From the NCBI RefSeq assembly GCF_964204645.1, contig NC_134029.1:24112950-24176949 (forward strand): a stretch of DNA of 64,000 bases. The letters run 5' to 3'. Source of the stretch: Tubulanus polymorphus. Lineage: Eukaryota > Animalia > Nemertea. The notes below the pieces were generated by a model, which made no database searches, had not been told where the DNA came from, and was given only the letters and a program-made list of their open reading frames with translations. The stretch's first letter is position 1. Every line of letters starts with the position of its first letter. Shown piece by piece: positions 1 through 26,081 of the stretch. A program made the translations under genes and the position numbers.

Positions 1-3000
1 TCGAATCCGTTTCTACAGATACGTTATCCATGGCTCACGCACCAGTTCGTACATTTCCGAACTTTGCGGCGAGTTGTCCACGATTTCCACTCGATCGGGC
101 GAAAACATTGGCGCAATTTTCGACCGAAAATGATTGCGATTCTGCTTTTCCAGGAAAGCGGTCTGATACTATCTCTAAACGCGCCAGTTGACCGATACAG
201 ACATTTCTCGCCCGTAATGTCGATGAACGAAGTCATTTCTTGAGACCCTTTCAGTGCAGTTTTACTACAAAATTGAAACTTGTGGTTTCTGATTTGAATG
301 CATGCCCAACAAAGAAATTATTTTCGATGTTTCATAAAACGATACTCCGCATATAGTTACCATCGATGAAACACATTTGTCCGTGTTGTGACGATTTACA
401 GAGAATCCCTCACTATTTGAGAAAGTAATACTATTAATTAGTAACTACTATAACGAGAAATATGAAGTCCGAAAAGTCTCCTTTAAGCTAATTTGATTCA
501 ATATTTCGACTATATCCAAATAGTCATCTTCGGTCATCTTTCCCGAATATGACTGTTAGGTTATAGTCATAGAAATTAATCAATAATCTATTGGCCGAAG
601 GAAACCTTTCGGACTTCATCTTTCTGGTAATATCAGTGTGGCCGGGATTCTCTATATATTTTCGATCAGTGAGCGCGCTTCGCTTTACAGTGAAACTTGC
701 TGCAAAAACCTGCGTATATACAGATATACATGTATATATGATAGAACGGTACAATAGACATAAAACTGACAGCGTTTATTACAGTTTTGTATCATTGCCA
801 TTTGGTTAAGAGCAACATCGATTATACTTTCGAGGACGATACGGTTCATCCCGGAATTTATTGCGTAGAATAGGTCTATCTTGTCTGCGCCATTAACTCC
901 TAATTGATTATACCCTCGAAGTCTTTCTCACCTTCGTCGCTTCTAAACGTTAACACCATTCTCGAATTTTTCAATTATCTGCTACCGATAAATTTATAGG
1001 AATAAATTCTGTGAAAATTTGAAAATTTGGATCTCACGAAAATGGAAATCTACCTGCGTTTGTTTCTTTGTTTTCCATCGTTGCCGAAACAATCAGCCGT
1101 AAACATTTATTTATTGTTTGGATATTTCGCGCTGGAGTCTGCAGAAATGAAAAAAACCATATTCAAGACATTATTGAATAACCAGACTGCTGCACTGATT
1201 AATATTTCAGAAGACTAAAAAACTGGGATTCTGATAGAATGTCATGATTATAATGCAATATACAAAAAACAACACCGATTCAATTGGCGGATGATGCCGT
1301 TTCATTGCCGCATTTTTTCAGCTAGTGTCTGTCGCTCATATCCTGGTTGTATAATGACAATATTGAAAAAAGAAACTGATAAATGAATAAATCCGGAATA
1401 AAACACTGGTTTTCCATGTCGCTTATGCATTAACATACACTCAGAAAGTCGATATCTTCGCGCAGCAGTCAGTCGCGAAAAACGGATCCTTACAGATTCT
1501 TAATCATAAATGTAGATGAACATGTCATCCAAGGTCGAAACATTAGTTCTGATGATTGTGTATTCGTTGATCTTATCTCAATCTCTCGTCGCTGTCCTGG
1601 TTGTGTAGCATTACGTATGCGATACACGTATGCCCGTAATGGGACACATGTTGTAGACAATTTCCCAGAACAAGTATCGGCTCTTATACGTAAACGAGGG
1701 TCATCGATAGAGATATTGTAATGAATTGAGAGACGACTCTGAAAAAGATGAATAAAAGAGAAGCTGTCGATGTGTTTTATCCTTTACACAGGTCGTTGAA
1801 TTGATGATTATTTATGTAAGTAATTCTTGCTTTAATTTCCGGCTAGAGAAGTGCAATATCGCGAACACAGGCGACAATATCTTTACGACTATTTCTTTAT
1901 GAATTATGAAAATCGTATCTCGCTTCATTTTCGTGTTGTATCGGATTCTCCCGAACTCGTGGATTGTGATTACGCGTTTCTCTTCTGCTCAAGTTCTCTG
2001 CACGCACCAGCGCAGTTCGCCTTACCTCGCCCGCCTCATACGCGCTACCAGTGATAATTTTTCGCTATGGTATTTGATTTTGAACACGATGTGAAATCTC
2101 TTTAGACGGGAATAAGACCGAAATTGATCTCCAGAGGTAATATTAGTGGCTGGCTCTTCATTCATTATGAGCACGAGGCATATTTACATGTTGCCGATTA
2201 AACTTGGAATATTCCTGCGGACCCGAGATAAATTTCAATCAACAACAGTGGCACCGGGTCCTGATGTAAACATTATCCGTGAAATGATAATGTTCGTAAC
2301 GAAATGGTGATTGCATAAATAGCAATATGATACTCAGTACTAAAATTCAAGACTTGATTTTCATCACGATAAGAGCTTGGGCTTGTGTTGGCTTAGGCCA
2401 TTCATAAATGCGTATACGTTTTATGAATTACCCTCTCTGGAATAAAGTAACAGTTTTGTATTCGAAGCTAGAATTCCTTTATCTCTTTAATCGTTATGTT
2501 TTGAAAATTTATTTCCCGGAAGGCTATTTTTGGATTGAGCTCAGAAAGCATTCCTGCCAAAAACGAAGATTTCAACTCGAGATAATACGAGATGATACGA
2601 GATGATAGTCTCGCGATTCGAATCGATAATCATTTTGAACGGTAGGAATTAATAAGATCTTTCGATCGAGCGAACCAATAATTATCATTTGTTCTACTGT
2701 AATTAAACTAATTAAACCATCACAATAGGAATCGAGAGACCTCCTCCTGGCTGCAATTGCTATAAGCAATCATATATCGCAGTCTAATGATTCACTCGTG
2801 GCGGTAATGAGCAGATTATTAAGATAACTCAGTTGGTTAATTATTGACACCGCTTTGTCTGATAGGTTTTGCTGCATATTCTCCACTTACTCAGTGAACT
2901 CACAATGTGCTAAACTCGATAATCGGATTACCTGATAAACGCCTGATGTATAAACCGCTACTTAAATCAAACGAAAAACTGTGAAGCTGATCTCCCAGGG

Positions 3001-4932
3001 TGGAATAAGGGCTTTTTTACTTTTGCATTATCTAACTCTAAGGCCCTAAAAAACTGCAATAAAAATGATTTACGTTGTTTGTTCACACCTTCGTCAGTTG
3101 CGTTTATGCAGTATGAGAATGATTCCTATGTTTTTTGTGTTACAAAGCGAGATAAAAAAAAGTGTAAAATTGCAATTATTTGCAGAGTTTCAATCCCTAT
3201 CAGCTAGTAACAGTAAGAATAACCCGTACACTCAGACGTGGAGGATAGAGATGATTAGTTTAATAAAATCTCTCTAGAGACCGTCGTCAGGTTTGACCCT
3301 AACCCTATCCTCTAACCCTAACGATGTCCGAGACGCCGTGACCTTTGATCTTGATTTTTGAGAAATAGATTTACTTTTAAATCTTAATAGCAGTTGTTTT
3401 AATACATAAGTCTCATTATGATCACAGAACGACATCAGACAAACTCCAACAGGATATGATATATACATGTTTTCGGTACAGTTGCCTCGGGCGGGAAGAA
3501 TATACCGAAAATGCTGGACCTGCTGCTAGATACAAGTGTCGCATTTCTATCAAGAGGAAATCATAACCGACGCCTTGAGCTTCGTTCTTTTGTTTACTCG
3601 GAAGAGACTTGAAAAAACAGTGTCTCGAATAACAGATTGGACACATTAAATAGCAAACCTCACGCGTGTATATCTATCGCCCCATCTGTAGTTTATATCG
3701 CCCAAGGTTTCGCATCCCTCTCGGCGGTTATACCGAGCCGTGTTGTGTTATATCAGTGCAATAAAATGAAGTCAGAGCTTGCTTCTGTTAGTATAAATTC
3801 GAGTGTTGGTCCGATTAATTAATCCACTGGGATCACGCTATATTCGCTCTTATGAAATTCGACACGGTTTTGAAGTTGAAGGTTGTTTTTTAGTGCTCAG
3901 GTTCAGGTGTTCTGTTGAGATATTTAGCGAGCGTCGTATTTTATCACCGCTTCTTCCGAAACAAACCGCCCGCTTGGGCTCAATGTAGTAATGTTTCCAA
4001 CACGACTTTTAGATCTCCCAAATGGATACGAATTTCGGCATTACGAGCTGCTGTATATTTGAATATTTCATTAGCTGTAAAACTGTCATCCTTTCTCGCA
4101 CTAGTTAAATCTTATTATAGCTTAAACCATTTTAGACGACGAGGGAGGCTTCGAGCTCCACTTTTGAGGGCGATTTCAAACTGCACAAAAATACCGATGA
4201 ATAATGTATGATGATGAAGCATTTCTTTTTAAGAAAAGTAACATATCCTCCATTAAGAGTATGGTCTGCTAATGTTGTGGTCTGCTAATGTTGGTTGCTT
4301 CATTTTTTTTTATTATTTCATTTCCATCGGGAGCTTTAAGTGACTTATTGTACTATCATAAATCAAATATTACGGACATCAACCTGACATGGGACAAGAC
4401 GGGTTTTTATTTCATTGAGTGGCTTGTAATCGAGATTACAAGACCGGCCAATAAACGATCTATTAGGTATTTCGTGACGCACCGAATTCAGTTTATATAC
4501 CGCAAGATGTGGCAGCAGCGAACACGCACTTGTTACTCGCTACAAACAGGTGACAGAGTCTGGAGTGAATAACCATCTCGTCTGAGAGTCCATATCGTGT
4601 AGAACTTTAATCCGGCGGGCACTTGTTCGACGACATCTTGTTAACTTCTCAGCTCATTGTCGTTTCGTATGAGAACTAGTTTAGATTTTTCATCTGCGAT
4701 GTTAAGTCGCGCCGTCACACAATAGGTTCAACCGCGCTTAACGATCTTGAACGCGGGATAAACATCGAACGAGGATGAATATATCATCGGCCATGATGAT
4801 ACAAGTAACTCTACGCAATGCTCGGAAACAACAATAACTGTGAAGTAACAACACTGAGCTACAGTTTGCTTTAGAATATTCGAAAATATACACGTAACTA
4901 AATATAATATAATATCTCGGTGTTTGTGAACG

Positions 4933-17583
<12,651 letters not shown>

Positions 17584-18896
17584 TCGTCGTCGTCGTAGTT
17601 GTCGTGGTTTCTATTTAAAGTCTCCTCACCTGCCGCGCGTGTCAAATCAAACGGATATGTTTGCCTGTGATGAATGCGCCTACATGAATAAATTACACGT
17701 GTTGCTTCTTTTCCAAACACTTTTGAGTCGTTGTCTTCAAAGCGTTCGCTATCCCAAACATAGGGAACAGTGGCTTCATCACCGGCTTTGTTTATCACGA
17801 AACGGTCAGGCTCTTCGGGACGGTAACAAAAGCAACTTTCTCACAAGGATTTCAGTACGGTACTTAAAAAAAAATATTCAGACGGATTGAACCATTCGAG
17901 CTGGCTTATTCGCGGCTTATTCAGTACACTACCGATATACCGGGCACAGCAAGTATCGGAAGTGCTTCTCGATCCGCGCTGAAAACTCGGTCCAGATATC
18001 GTACTGAGTTCACCTCACCGTTAATCGTCTGTGGGTACTGAAATGACCCGTAATTGAAGCTACTTATTCGTTAAATACAAGTAAGGATTAATGTGTTATT
18101 GAGAATGTATTTTTTATTTTTGCACTGAACTACAGTAGCGTGAACTACATGTACTACAGTTGTCGATGTATATATCTATGATAAGAGCTCATCTGTAAAA
18201 TCCATAGAATAACTGAACCTGGAGATCGAATCTGTATTTTTATGATGATGTTTGTATCTATTGCGGACGAATTGAACAAGTTCCACAGTTGTGTAGATAA
18301 GAGTGAGAAAATTACGTATATTCATTTTCGATGGCGTACGGTTACGCGTACAACTGGTGAGTTAAACGTGAACCGAAAACTGTGCAACTGGATTCAGATA
18401 TTGTTATGAAGAAAAAGGTTCTTCGTCGAAGGAAAATTGTATGTTGTATTTTTGAGAATGAAATCGGATTAGAAACCCATTTTGTGTGTTAATTGAGTGT
18501 GTGATTGAATCGTTGAATGTCTGTTGGAAATAAAATGAATGTAAGGTGAATGCGTGGCCGTGACCTTCATGTCAGCTTCAGAGTATCAACAAATAAAACA
18601 AATAAACAGAGTTGACGATTTTTTGAATGTATATAATAAACAATGTTTGAAAACTACTGAAACGAATAAATACATTTTCATTCTAAAACTCCTCGTTGAA
18701 TTAATTTAATCATTGTGCGCGTATATGTTTGTATATATCTGTATACGGTATATATATATATTTGTGTTTTGATTGTGTTGATCAATTGGTTGTGAATCTT
18801 GATGATGAAGTACGGAGAGGCCTGAGTGAGTCAGTATGAGATCGTGTTGCGCGTGTCCAAAAATATATTTGGGCGAGAGACTGAAATAGCAAGTCT

Positions 18897-19064
18897 AACG
18901 ATGGTCAGTTGTTTTGGATTACATTTCCAAAAGCCCAAGAAATCTAAAATTCAAGATCCTTCATGGTTTGGTTTAAGTCCGAACGATGGTCAGTTGTTTT
19001 GGATTATACCTATTTCCAAAAGCCTCCAAGAAATCTAAATTCAAGGTCCTTCATGGTTTGGTTT
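18897..19064 (+). repeat. Two-copy ~85 bp tandem duplication
   Basis: AACGATGGTCAGTTGTTTTGGATT...CAAGAAATCTAAA..CCTTCATGGTTTGGTTT occurs twice in tandem. Confidence 0.9.
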
Positions 19065-19743
19065 TGATTAAAAGGTAACGGAGAATGTCTATAATGTTCC
19101 ATTTCGCTAGTGAATTGACGACCCAAAGGACGGATACGTCTTAAGATTATAAATTGAAAGCTTATAAATTGAAATTCAATTCGTTATCGTTGAATTTCGT
19201 TGTAAAATTCATTTGTTTATCACTTCAGTTATTTCATTGTCTAAATAAATTTTATCATGATTTTCCAAAAAAGTCTTGTTGTCAAATGGCGTTTATTGGG
19301 TGAAGGATTGTACAGTAACACCTGAGTTATTCCGAATTATCTATAACCAATATGAATAAAATCCAGATTCCACGGCATGTTCACATATACTTATTTATTT
19401 ACAGCCTTACTCTGAGGCCAGTAACAAAACAGGTTCATTACACACAAGACCTCAAACTTTCTGGCTACCCTTATACAGACAGAAATACTACATCATTAAG
19501 CACACATTCAAAACCAACCCTTATCAGCTTCAAGTACAAAAACATTGTGAGACAAGTGTTTTAGTTGTTTAGCACAATTGCTGATGGCGGTTACACTTGA
19601 AGTGAAATGAGCACTTGTTCTTCTTTAATGTCTTCTATTCACTACGATCTGCAATCAATAAATTTAGCGTTTGATATACACGTAATTTGAATGAGGTTTT
19701 TTGCATAAATACAAACAATATAGCAACGAGTTCTGACCTTGTG

Positions 19744-22700
19744 TCAACTGGAAGCCTTTCCGCTATCAGCAGCCTTTTCTTTCAACGGTTGATCTTCAAG
19801 AATTTGCCAAGAAGAATCTTTCCCTCGGTCCTATAGAATTGAACAAGCATTCGATAAGCGTTTGGGACTAAAAACATTTAACCAAATTTTTTATAGATGA
19901 TTTCTCCTAATAGATTTCAGAAAAATTATCATTTTTATCTAGTTGACCTCCTGTATAGGTAGGCCTGCTTGTTTTTTTTTTGCTTGATGTCGTATGGATT
20001 GACTAACCCTATCAGATTGCCTACACACTGTAAGCAACTATCAGGACTCAAACCTTCTTTAGAATGAAATAAAATCACATCATACTCGTGCCTAATCTCT
20101 TACCTTTATCTGTACACCACACACGACTAAATCTTCTCTGAATTTATCACAAGATTCTAACATATCGTCACTTATTTGATGATGATTATTATTTTCTATC
20201 TGACTCGTTGAATCACTATTCTCATTATTCTGGTCGTGTTCACTATTTGTCTGTGATGATTTTTTCATCGGTTTTGAAACTGATTTTCTATGTTTTAAAG
20301 CCTGTTGACGAATTGCCGATCGGAATTTAACGACGTTGTCCAGGACGCTGGTTAACTGCTGATCTTTCATATTGTCCGTTATAGCCTGGAATATATTTGA
20401 AACATTTCATGAGAATGAAGAAAAATTCATAAATCAGGCAAACATTAGTGGTATAGTCTTAGTTATATCCAAAGAACTCAGATACGGTCGTGAACTGGTG
20501 TCCGTCATACTGGTCTTCAGATCAGCTTTAGACTAATGGGTTCCATAACTGAGCGTAAAATTTGACCCCAGAATCATTATATTGAAATTTAACTAATTCT
20601 AACCCTCAGACTTAGTATTAATTCACAACTGTGGAACTCCGTTGTAAATTAAGTGGTATCTAATCATAAGATTTCTCTAGTTGTTACATCAGCTATAGAA
20701 CTAGGAAATTCTGGAAATGCAGTCGATAAGATGAGCTGAATTAGACTACAGCAGTACTGGAGATGATACCTACCTGTCTGGTTGTTAACTGAATACCTAA
20801 CGTATCGGTAAAACGGTGTATAAATGCTACAAGAGCTGCTATCACAGTCGGGCTACGAACATGATCGGTATTCTGAAATATAACATAAAACATTCCTCAT
20901 CAACTCGGTTCTCAAACACTGGATTCTAAGATCTAAACTCTAGAAATAGGTCCCGATTTCTGAAATACAGTGAAACTTCTCTGAAATCGTCATAGTTGAT
21001 ATGATCATTACATCGATGACTTAAGCAAGTTTGACAGTATATAACATTGCGAGGTAAAGTACCGTTGTATGACGTCCGAGTTCGATATTTCCTTTACGTA
21101 ACAAAGTTTTAATTGCTTCCATCGCTCGAGGAGTATCAAAATCATCGGCCAGTGCACTTCTTACTACTCTCTGCGTCTCTGCAAGGCTTCAAAAATAAAA
21201 CGACAACATATTCACGGAAAACGATGAATAATCTTGAGTTTAAAACTTGATGTTTTTCTTTTGATTGTGACTTTTTGTTTCTACAACCAAAAAAATATTC
21301 ACTACGACTATCAGTGAAGAGAACAGTAAACTGAGATTATTGATAGTTGATAATACCTTTCCCATAATAGTGAATCATTGATAGGTTCTACGTTACTGTT
21401 TCCTCGTATATACGAATCAGCGCACTCCAAGAAAGCCGTCAATTGTCGGTTAATACTGACTGATTTCTGCATGATTTCATCGCTGTAATCAATCCCTGAA
21501 ATATTGAGAAAATTACACAATTTAAATTTTCACAATCAGAAAACTATGCAGTCGAAATCTGATTACTGAAATTTTCTTCTCTATTAAGTCCTAATTTGTA
21601 TTTCTAATTCAATTTACTTAGTGTAAGTCATTATTTGGACAAGCTATCAACATAATACTTGTCACAACTACACCGACTGCAATAAGTTTCACTGAAATAT
21701 CTAATTATGAAATATCGTACTTTTCCGATAATGAGACAAAAGACAAAATATTCTGAACTGATTTGGTGTATATTTGCTGAGTAGATCCGGAACAGTGACA
21801 TAGTTCTTCAATGATTTGGACATCTTATCAGCGTCATACTTCAAATGTAAATGACCTGCAAAAACAGAATAACACATAACTCAAAAATAGTTTAAAATCA
21901 GTGAATGATTCTATCATAATGTTTACTTTCCATCAACCGATAAGTGATTGAGGATATTTGAATTGGAGAAAAACCCACAGTTAAAATTAAAATGTGAAAA
22001 TGGCTTTTAGCATTTGAGTCAAACTACTCTTATAGTCTTTTTTTGTAATACTGAGCTTTATGACAATAGTTTATATAAATTATGGAAGTTATTTTTACCA
22101 CAATGAATCCAGTAATTCACCCACTGATTACAACAGTAATAAGACTGAGATTGAGCGAGTTCATTTTCATGATGTGGAAATCTGAGGTCGTCGCCTCCCG
22201 AGTGGATATCAACATTACGACCATAAACTGAACTGAAATCAAAACACGTTCAAACATCGTTTAATTGACGAGGCACGAGGAACAGGAGTGGATACAGGGT
22301 TAGGCAATCACTCCTTGGTAAACTCTCTAAATAAACCGTTGATTACACACTTTCTCATAATGATAGAATAAAATCCAGGAATGAGAAAGAAAAACACATC
22401 CAGAATGTTTCCTTTATTAGCTACTATTTCATGAAATACACGTATTAGCAGCTCAAGGAAATATTTTGCACTCCTTTTTCTTTCTTATTGCAGGATTGTA
22501 TATTTAGATTATGACTGACATTACCTCGCTATTGTTGAGCATTCAATATGCCAACCGGGTCTACCCCGACCCCACGGAGCTTGCCACCACGGTTCTCCCG
22601 GTTTCGCGCTTTTCCACAAAGCGAAATCTCGAGGACTTCTTTTTTCAGTTGTCGCTGCAAGAAAATAAATCCGAGGAAATACGTAGAATGGTATGTAGAA

Positions 22701-25177
22701 TGGGCAATTTGAATGTCAATCTGAAAAATCGTGACGTCTTAGATTTTCCAGGGCCAAATATCCACAATTCCATACCTGGTAGCTACTAAATGAGGTAAAG
22801 GCAAAATTTATGAAAAAAAAACAAGAACAAAGTGTCCAGACTACATTTCTAAAATTTCATAAGTTCTTCAATCATAGCTTCCAGACAGAAAACTTTCATT
22901 ATTTTCACAAGTCTTGAAAATATAATGACTAATTCTCCAGGATTTTCAGGACTAGTAAGTCCTATAGATTACCTGCTTCACGTATTTCAGTATCCATGCT
23001 ATGAGTCCACAGTTTACCATACTGTCCATACTTATTCACATCAAATAGAACATTACCTGAATGAAATAAATGTCTCATCAACAGTGAAGATTCGGAATGA
23101 TTCTCATTTTCATTACAGGGTAAATTATACATCATTTCACGGAATACACAAAACCCCCAAACAAGAAATGGACGATTTCTTTTATTTTATGAAATCACAA
23201 AAGTGTCTCCATCCTTCTAAAGTGCAAGTAAGGTTGCAAGGTCTTCTGTATTTGTACCTGAATCAGTAACGTATCCGAATCCATTGTTGATGATTTGTTG
23301 AATGTATTGAATAATATGAGGAATAAATTCAGTAACTCTGAGTGTCGCGAGTGGAGACTGAACGTTCACAGATGCCATATCTCTCATAAACTCCATCTCA
23401 TACTTACGAGATACGTTCAAAAAATCAGTTCCCAGCTACAAGAAAATATATTTGAAATTGAAGACACTAGTTTGACAAGTTCTTACTGATCAGAGAATCC
23501 AGAATCCTCCCTGATACGTCTCCCTTCATATCCTCAGTGGGAGTTTCTTCATCATCTTGTGTCACTCAACAACAAGACACCAATAAGTCTCTGACTTTTC
23601 CCTGATTTTCACGAGAAGAGAGAATTCATGATTTACCCTACAGGGTTAAAATAAATTCCCTGATCTGTAAAGCCTAGCGCACATCGACACAGCGATTGGA
23701 GACAACTAGTTGCAAGGCAGTTTTCGGCGCATGAGAGGGACTGGCTGGATACGATCAGTTGCTTGAATGTGTCGATGTGAGCGAGCTTACGATTGGTAAG
23801 CGTCGATCTATCTCCAGTTCCAGCCAGTTGCCCATGTTCTACTTTTGAGCAACTGGTTGTACTCAATCGCAGTCATATCCGTCGATGTGCGCGCTCTGGA
23901 TCTCGACGATCGACACGCGCCATGCAGTTGCTGCAACTGACCGGTCGTAACTAGATTTCGATGTGCGCGGGGTAATCGTTCGGTAGCAACTAGTTGTCTC
24001 CAATCGCAGTGTCGATGTGCGCTAGGCTTAAGAACGAACTCTGGTTCGACAGTTTTGAAATAACAATCTGACAGCTGTAGATATTGATACAAACCTCATT
24101 AGATTTGTTAATGATTTTATCATCGATATCAGTAATACCCATCGCTAATATAACATCCACGTTAAACATGTTGTTCAGAATTCTGCGAATGAAATCGAAT
24201 CTGACGTAAGAACTGTAAAAAAAGAAAATAAAATCAGAATTTCCGTGGATCAACAGGTTCCATAGTCAGTAACCTGTCTGTGGTTTAGTTTCACAAACCA
24301 CATATCTGTTGGTATAAGCCCATCCGATTATAAAAGCTTACCACCAACGATAAGGTAACTAACAAGAGGTTCCTGTGATAGAGTTCAGCAGAATCCATTT
24401 CAACAGTTTTGAGTTAGAGTTGCTTCAAAATGAGAAATTTGATATTTCAATGAGTTAACTGAGAACTGTGTAACTGGATCCAGTAAGTCAACAGCCCAGG
24501 CCCCGTACGTACCATGCATGTCCGATATGAGCGCTGTCATAAACAGTAGGACCACAAACATACCTGCATTAGAAAAACAATCATTAACAGTTCATGAATC
24601 ACTAAAAATCAAAATATCTGTGATTTTAATCATTTAAGATATATAATTAATTGACTAAAAAATTGGAAATATTTTTGGTGGGTTTTATATGAAATGCAGT
24701 GAGAATAAGGAGATATTTCACAATAAGGAACATATAAGTCGAAAATAGTGAAATTTGAACCCTAAATATGTTTGTCATCTCGGGTTTTATTTGACAGTTC
24801 TCGACACGTGCTGCTATTATTTACAAACAAATGCTAGGGGTCAGTCATAAATTGAAAACTTACCAAGTGGCTACCTGACCCTTCGGTAGAATCAGGGGAC
24901 ACTTCGTTTTGGTCAAACTATTATAAACCTTCACTCCCGTATCGAATCCAGTCGGTTTCTGCCAAGTATCAGCCTGTTCGACTGTGGAATCCGTTGAATA
25001 ACTGTGATTAGGACATGTCTCTTCTCGTCGTCGGTTCGGTTCTGGTACCCATTCGCTGTTTACATGCCGCCGCGTATCGGAGTTGAACCGGTGACAGACT
25101 GCAAGTTGAACCCGCCGTGCCGCGCCTGTCTGAGCCTGTAACCTGCTAGAAGCTACCCGATAATATACTCTGAACAT
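19744..25177 (-). CDS. CARS2: Mitochondrial cysteinyl-tRNA synthetase
   Basis: Arg-rich N-terminal presequence, then [17 protein letters not shown] (HIGH motif, exon 24513-24563), [42 protein letters not shown], and KMSKS (~21810-21825). Last exon ends in TGA at 19744-19746. Many short GT-AG introns. Confidence 0.96.
23671..24028. mobile_element. PIF/Harbinger-type (Tourist-like) MITE in a CARS2 intron
   Basis: 43 bp TIRs AGCCTAGCGCACATCGACAC(A/T)GCGATTGGAGACAACTAGTTGC with one mismatch; TAA target-site duplication at 23668-23670 and 24029-24031; internal TCGATGTG subrepeats. Confidence 0.9.
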
Positions 25178-26081
25178 CGTAGAATAGCTAAACCAGAATC
25201 AATTTTACCAGAAATTATCCTATCATTGCTAAAATCACGTTTGAATCGCGGTTTGTAGTAGAAAACTTATCACTGAAAGTGAAAACAACGACGCCATCTA
25301 TTCGCCATTTTAGTAATTACAACGGGCTGCAATGGTCGTCAGTATATCCTGTATAAATTAGCTTCAATTAACGGAAAAATTCACAAATTCACTCTCTTAT
25401 TCATAAAAATATAGTTAAACAAATTGCAATATTTTTCTGTAGAGTCCGGCATACCGTCGACTGTCAGACTTTGACCGTCAGGTGCTGCTGCTATATACAA
25501 CACAAGCGGTGAAAATGTGAACTAACTCGATTATTCTGGTTTTCCTACTGTGGCATGCGGGTGCTCCAACCACACTATGAACCGATATTTAAAGTGCTAA
25601 CGCGTCAAACACCTAACACAACGGATTCAATCTCTCAGCTCATTCAAATTAACGATAATCAGTGGCATCAGGTAAAGTTCATTAAACAATGTTAACCGAT
25701 CTATCATCAATCGAATCAGGTGATACCAGTTAAATTGCCATGATTAAATTGCTGTGTGGCAGTCTCTCTTTCACAATCCAAAAAAGAAAGTCAAAATCTC
25801 ATTTCTCATCAGCTTTTTCTTTGTGTGTAGGAATTAGTCTTAAACGGATGTTTATTTTTCCTGACCCCCACACCGTCCAGATGATATAAACAGCGTAATT
25901 TATAGGCTCTTTGTGGGGATCAGAGCCACAGGCAGCAGGGGGATAAAAAGTCCCAACAAAAGTACAGCATAGTAAAAACATGTAGAAAAAATTCAATGAG
26001 TGGAATGACAGTTTCCTGAGGAGCCTCGACTTAGAGTGTGATGTTTATATTTCAGTAGCAGCAGGAGTAGCACAGGGCAAG

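Noticed and set aside
3296-3323. CCCTAACCCTA / CTAACCCTAAC as a telomerase RNA template or interstitial telomere
   Set aside because: Only a few degenerate units, with no recognisable pseudoknot or H/ACA domain; such motifs are common in invertebrate repeats.
1-4900. Short ORFs upstream of the receptor gene
   Set aside because: No recognisable domains or consistent exon chain; treated as intergenic or UTR sequence.
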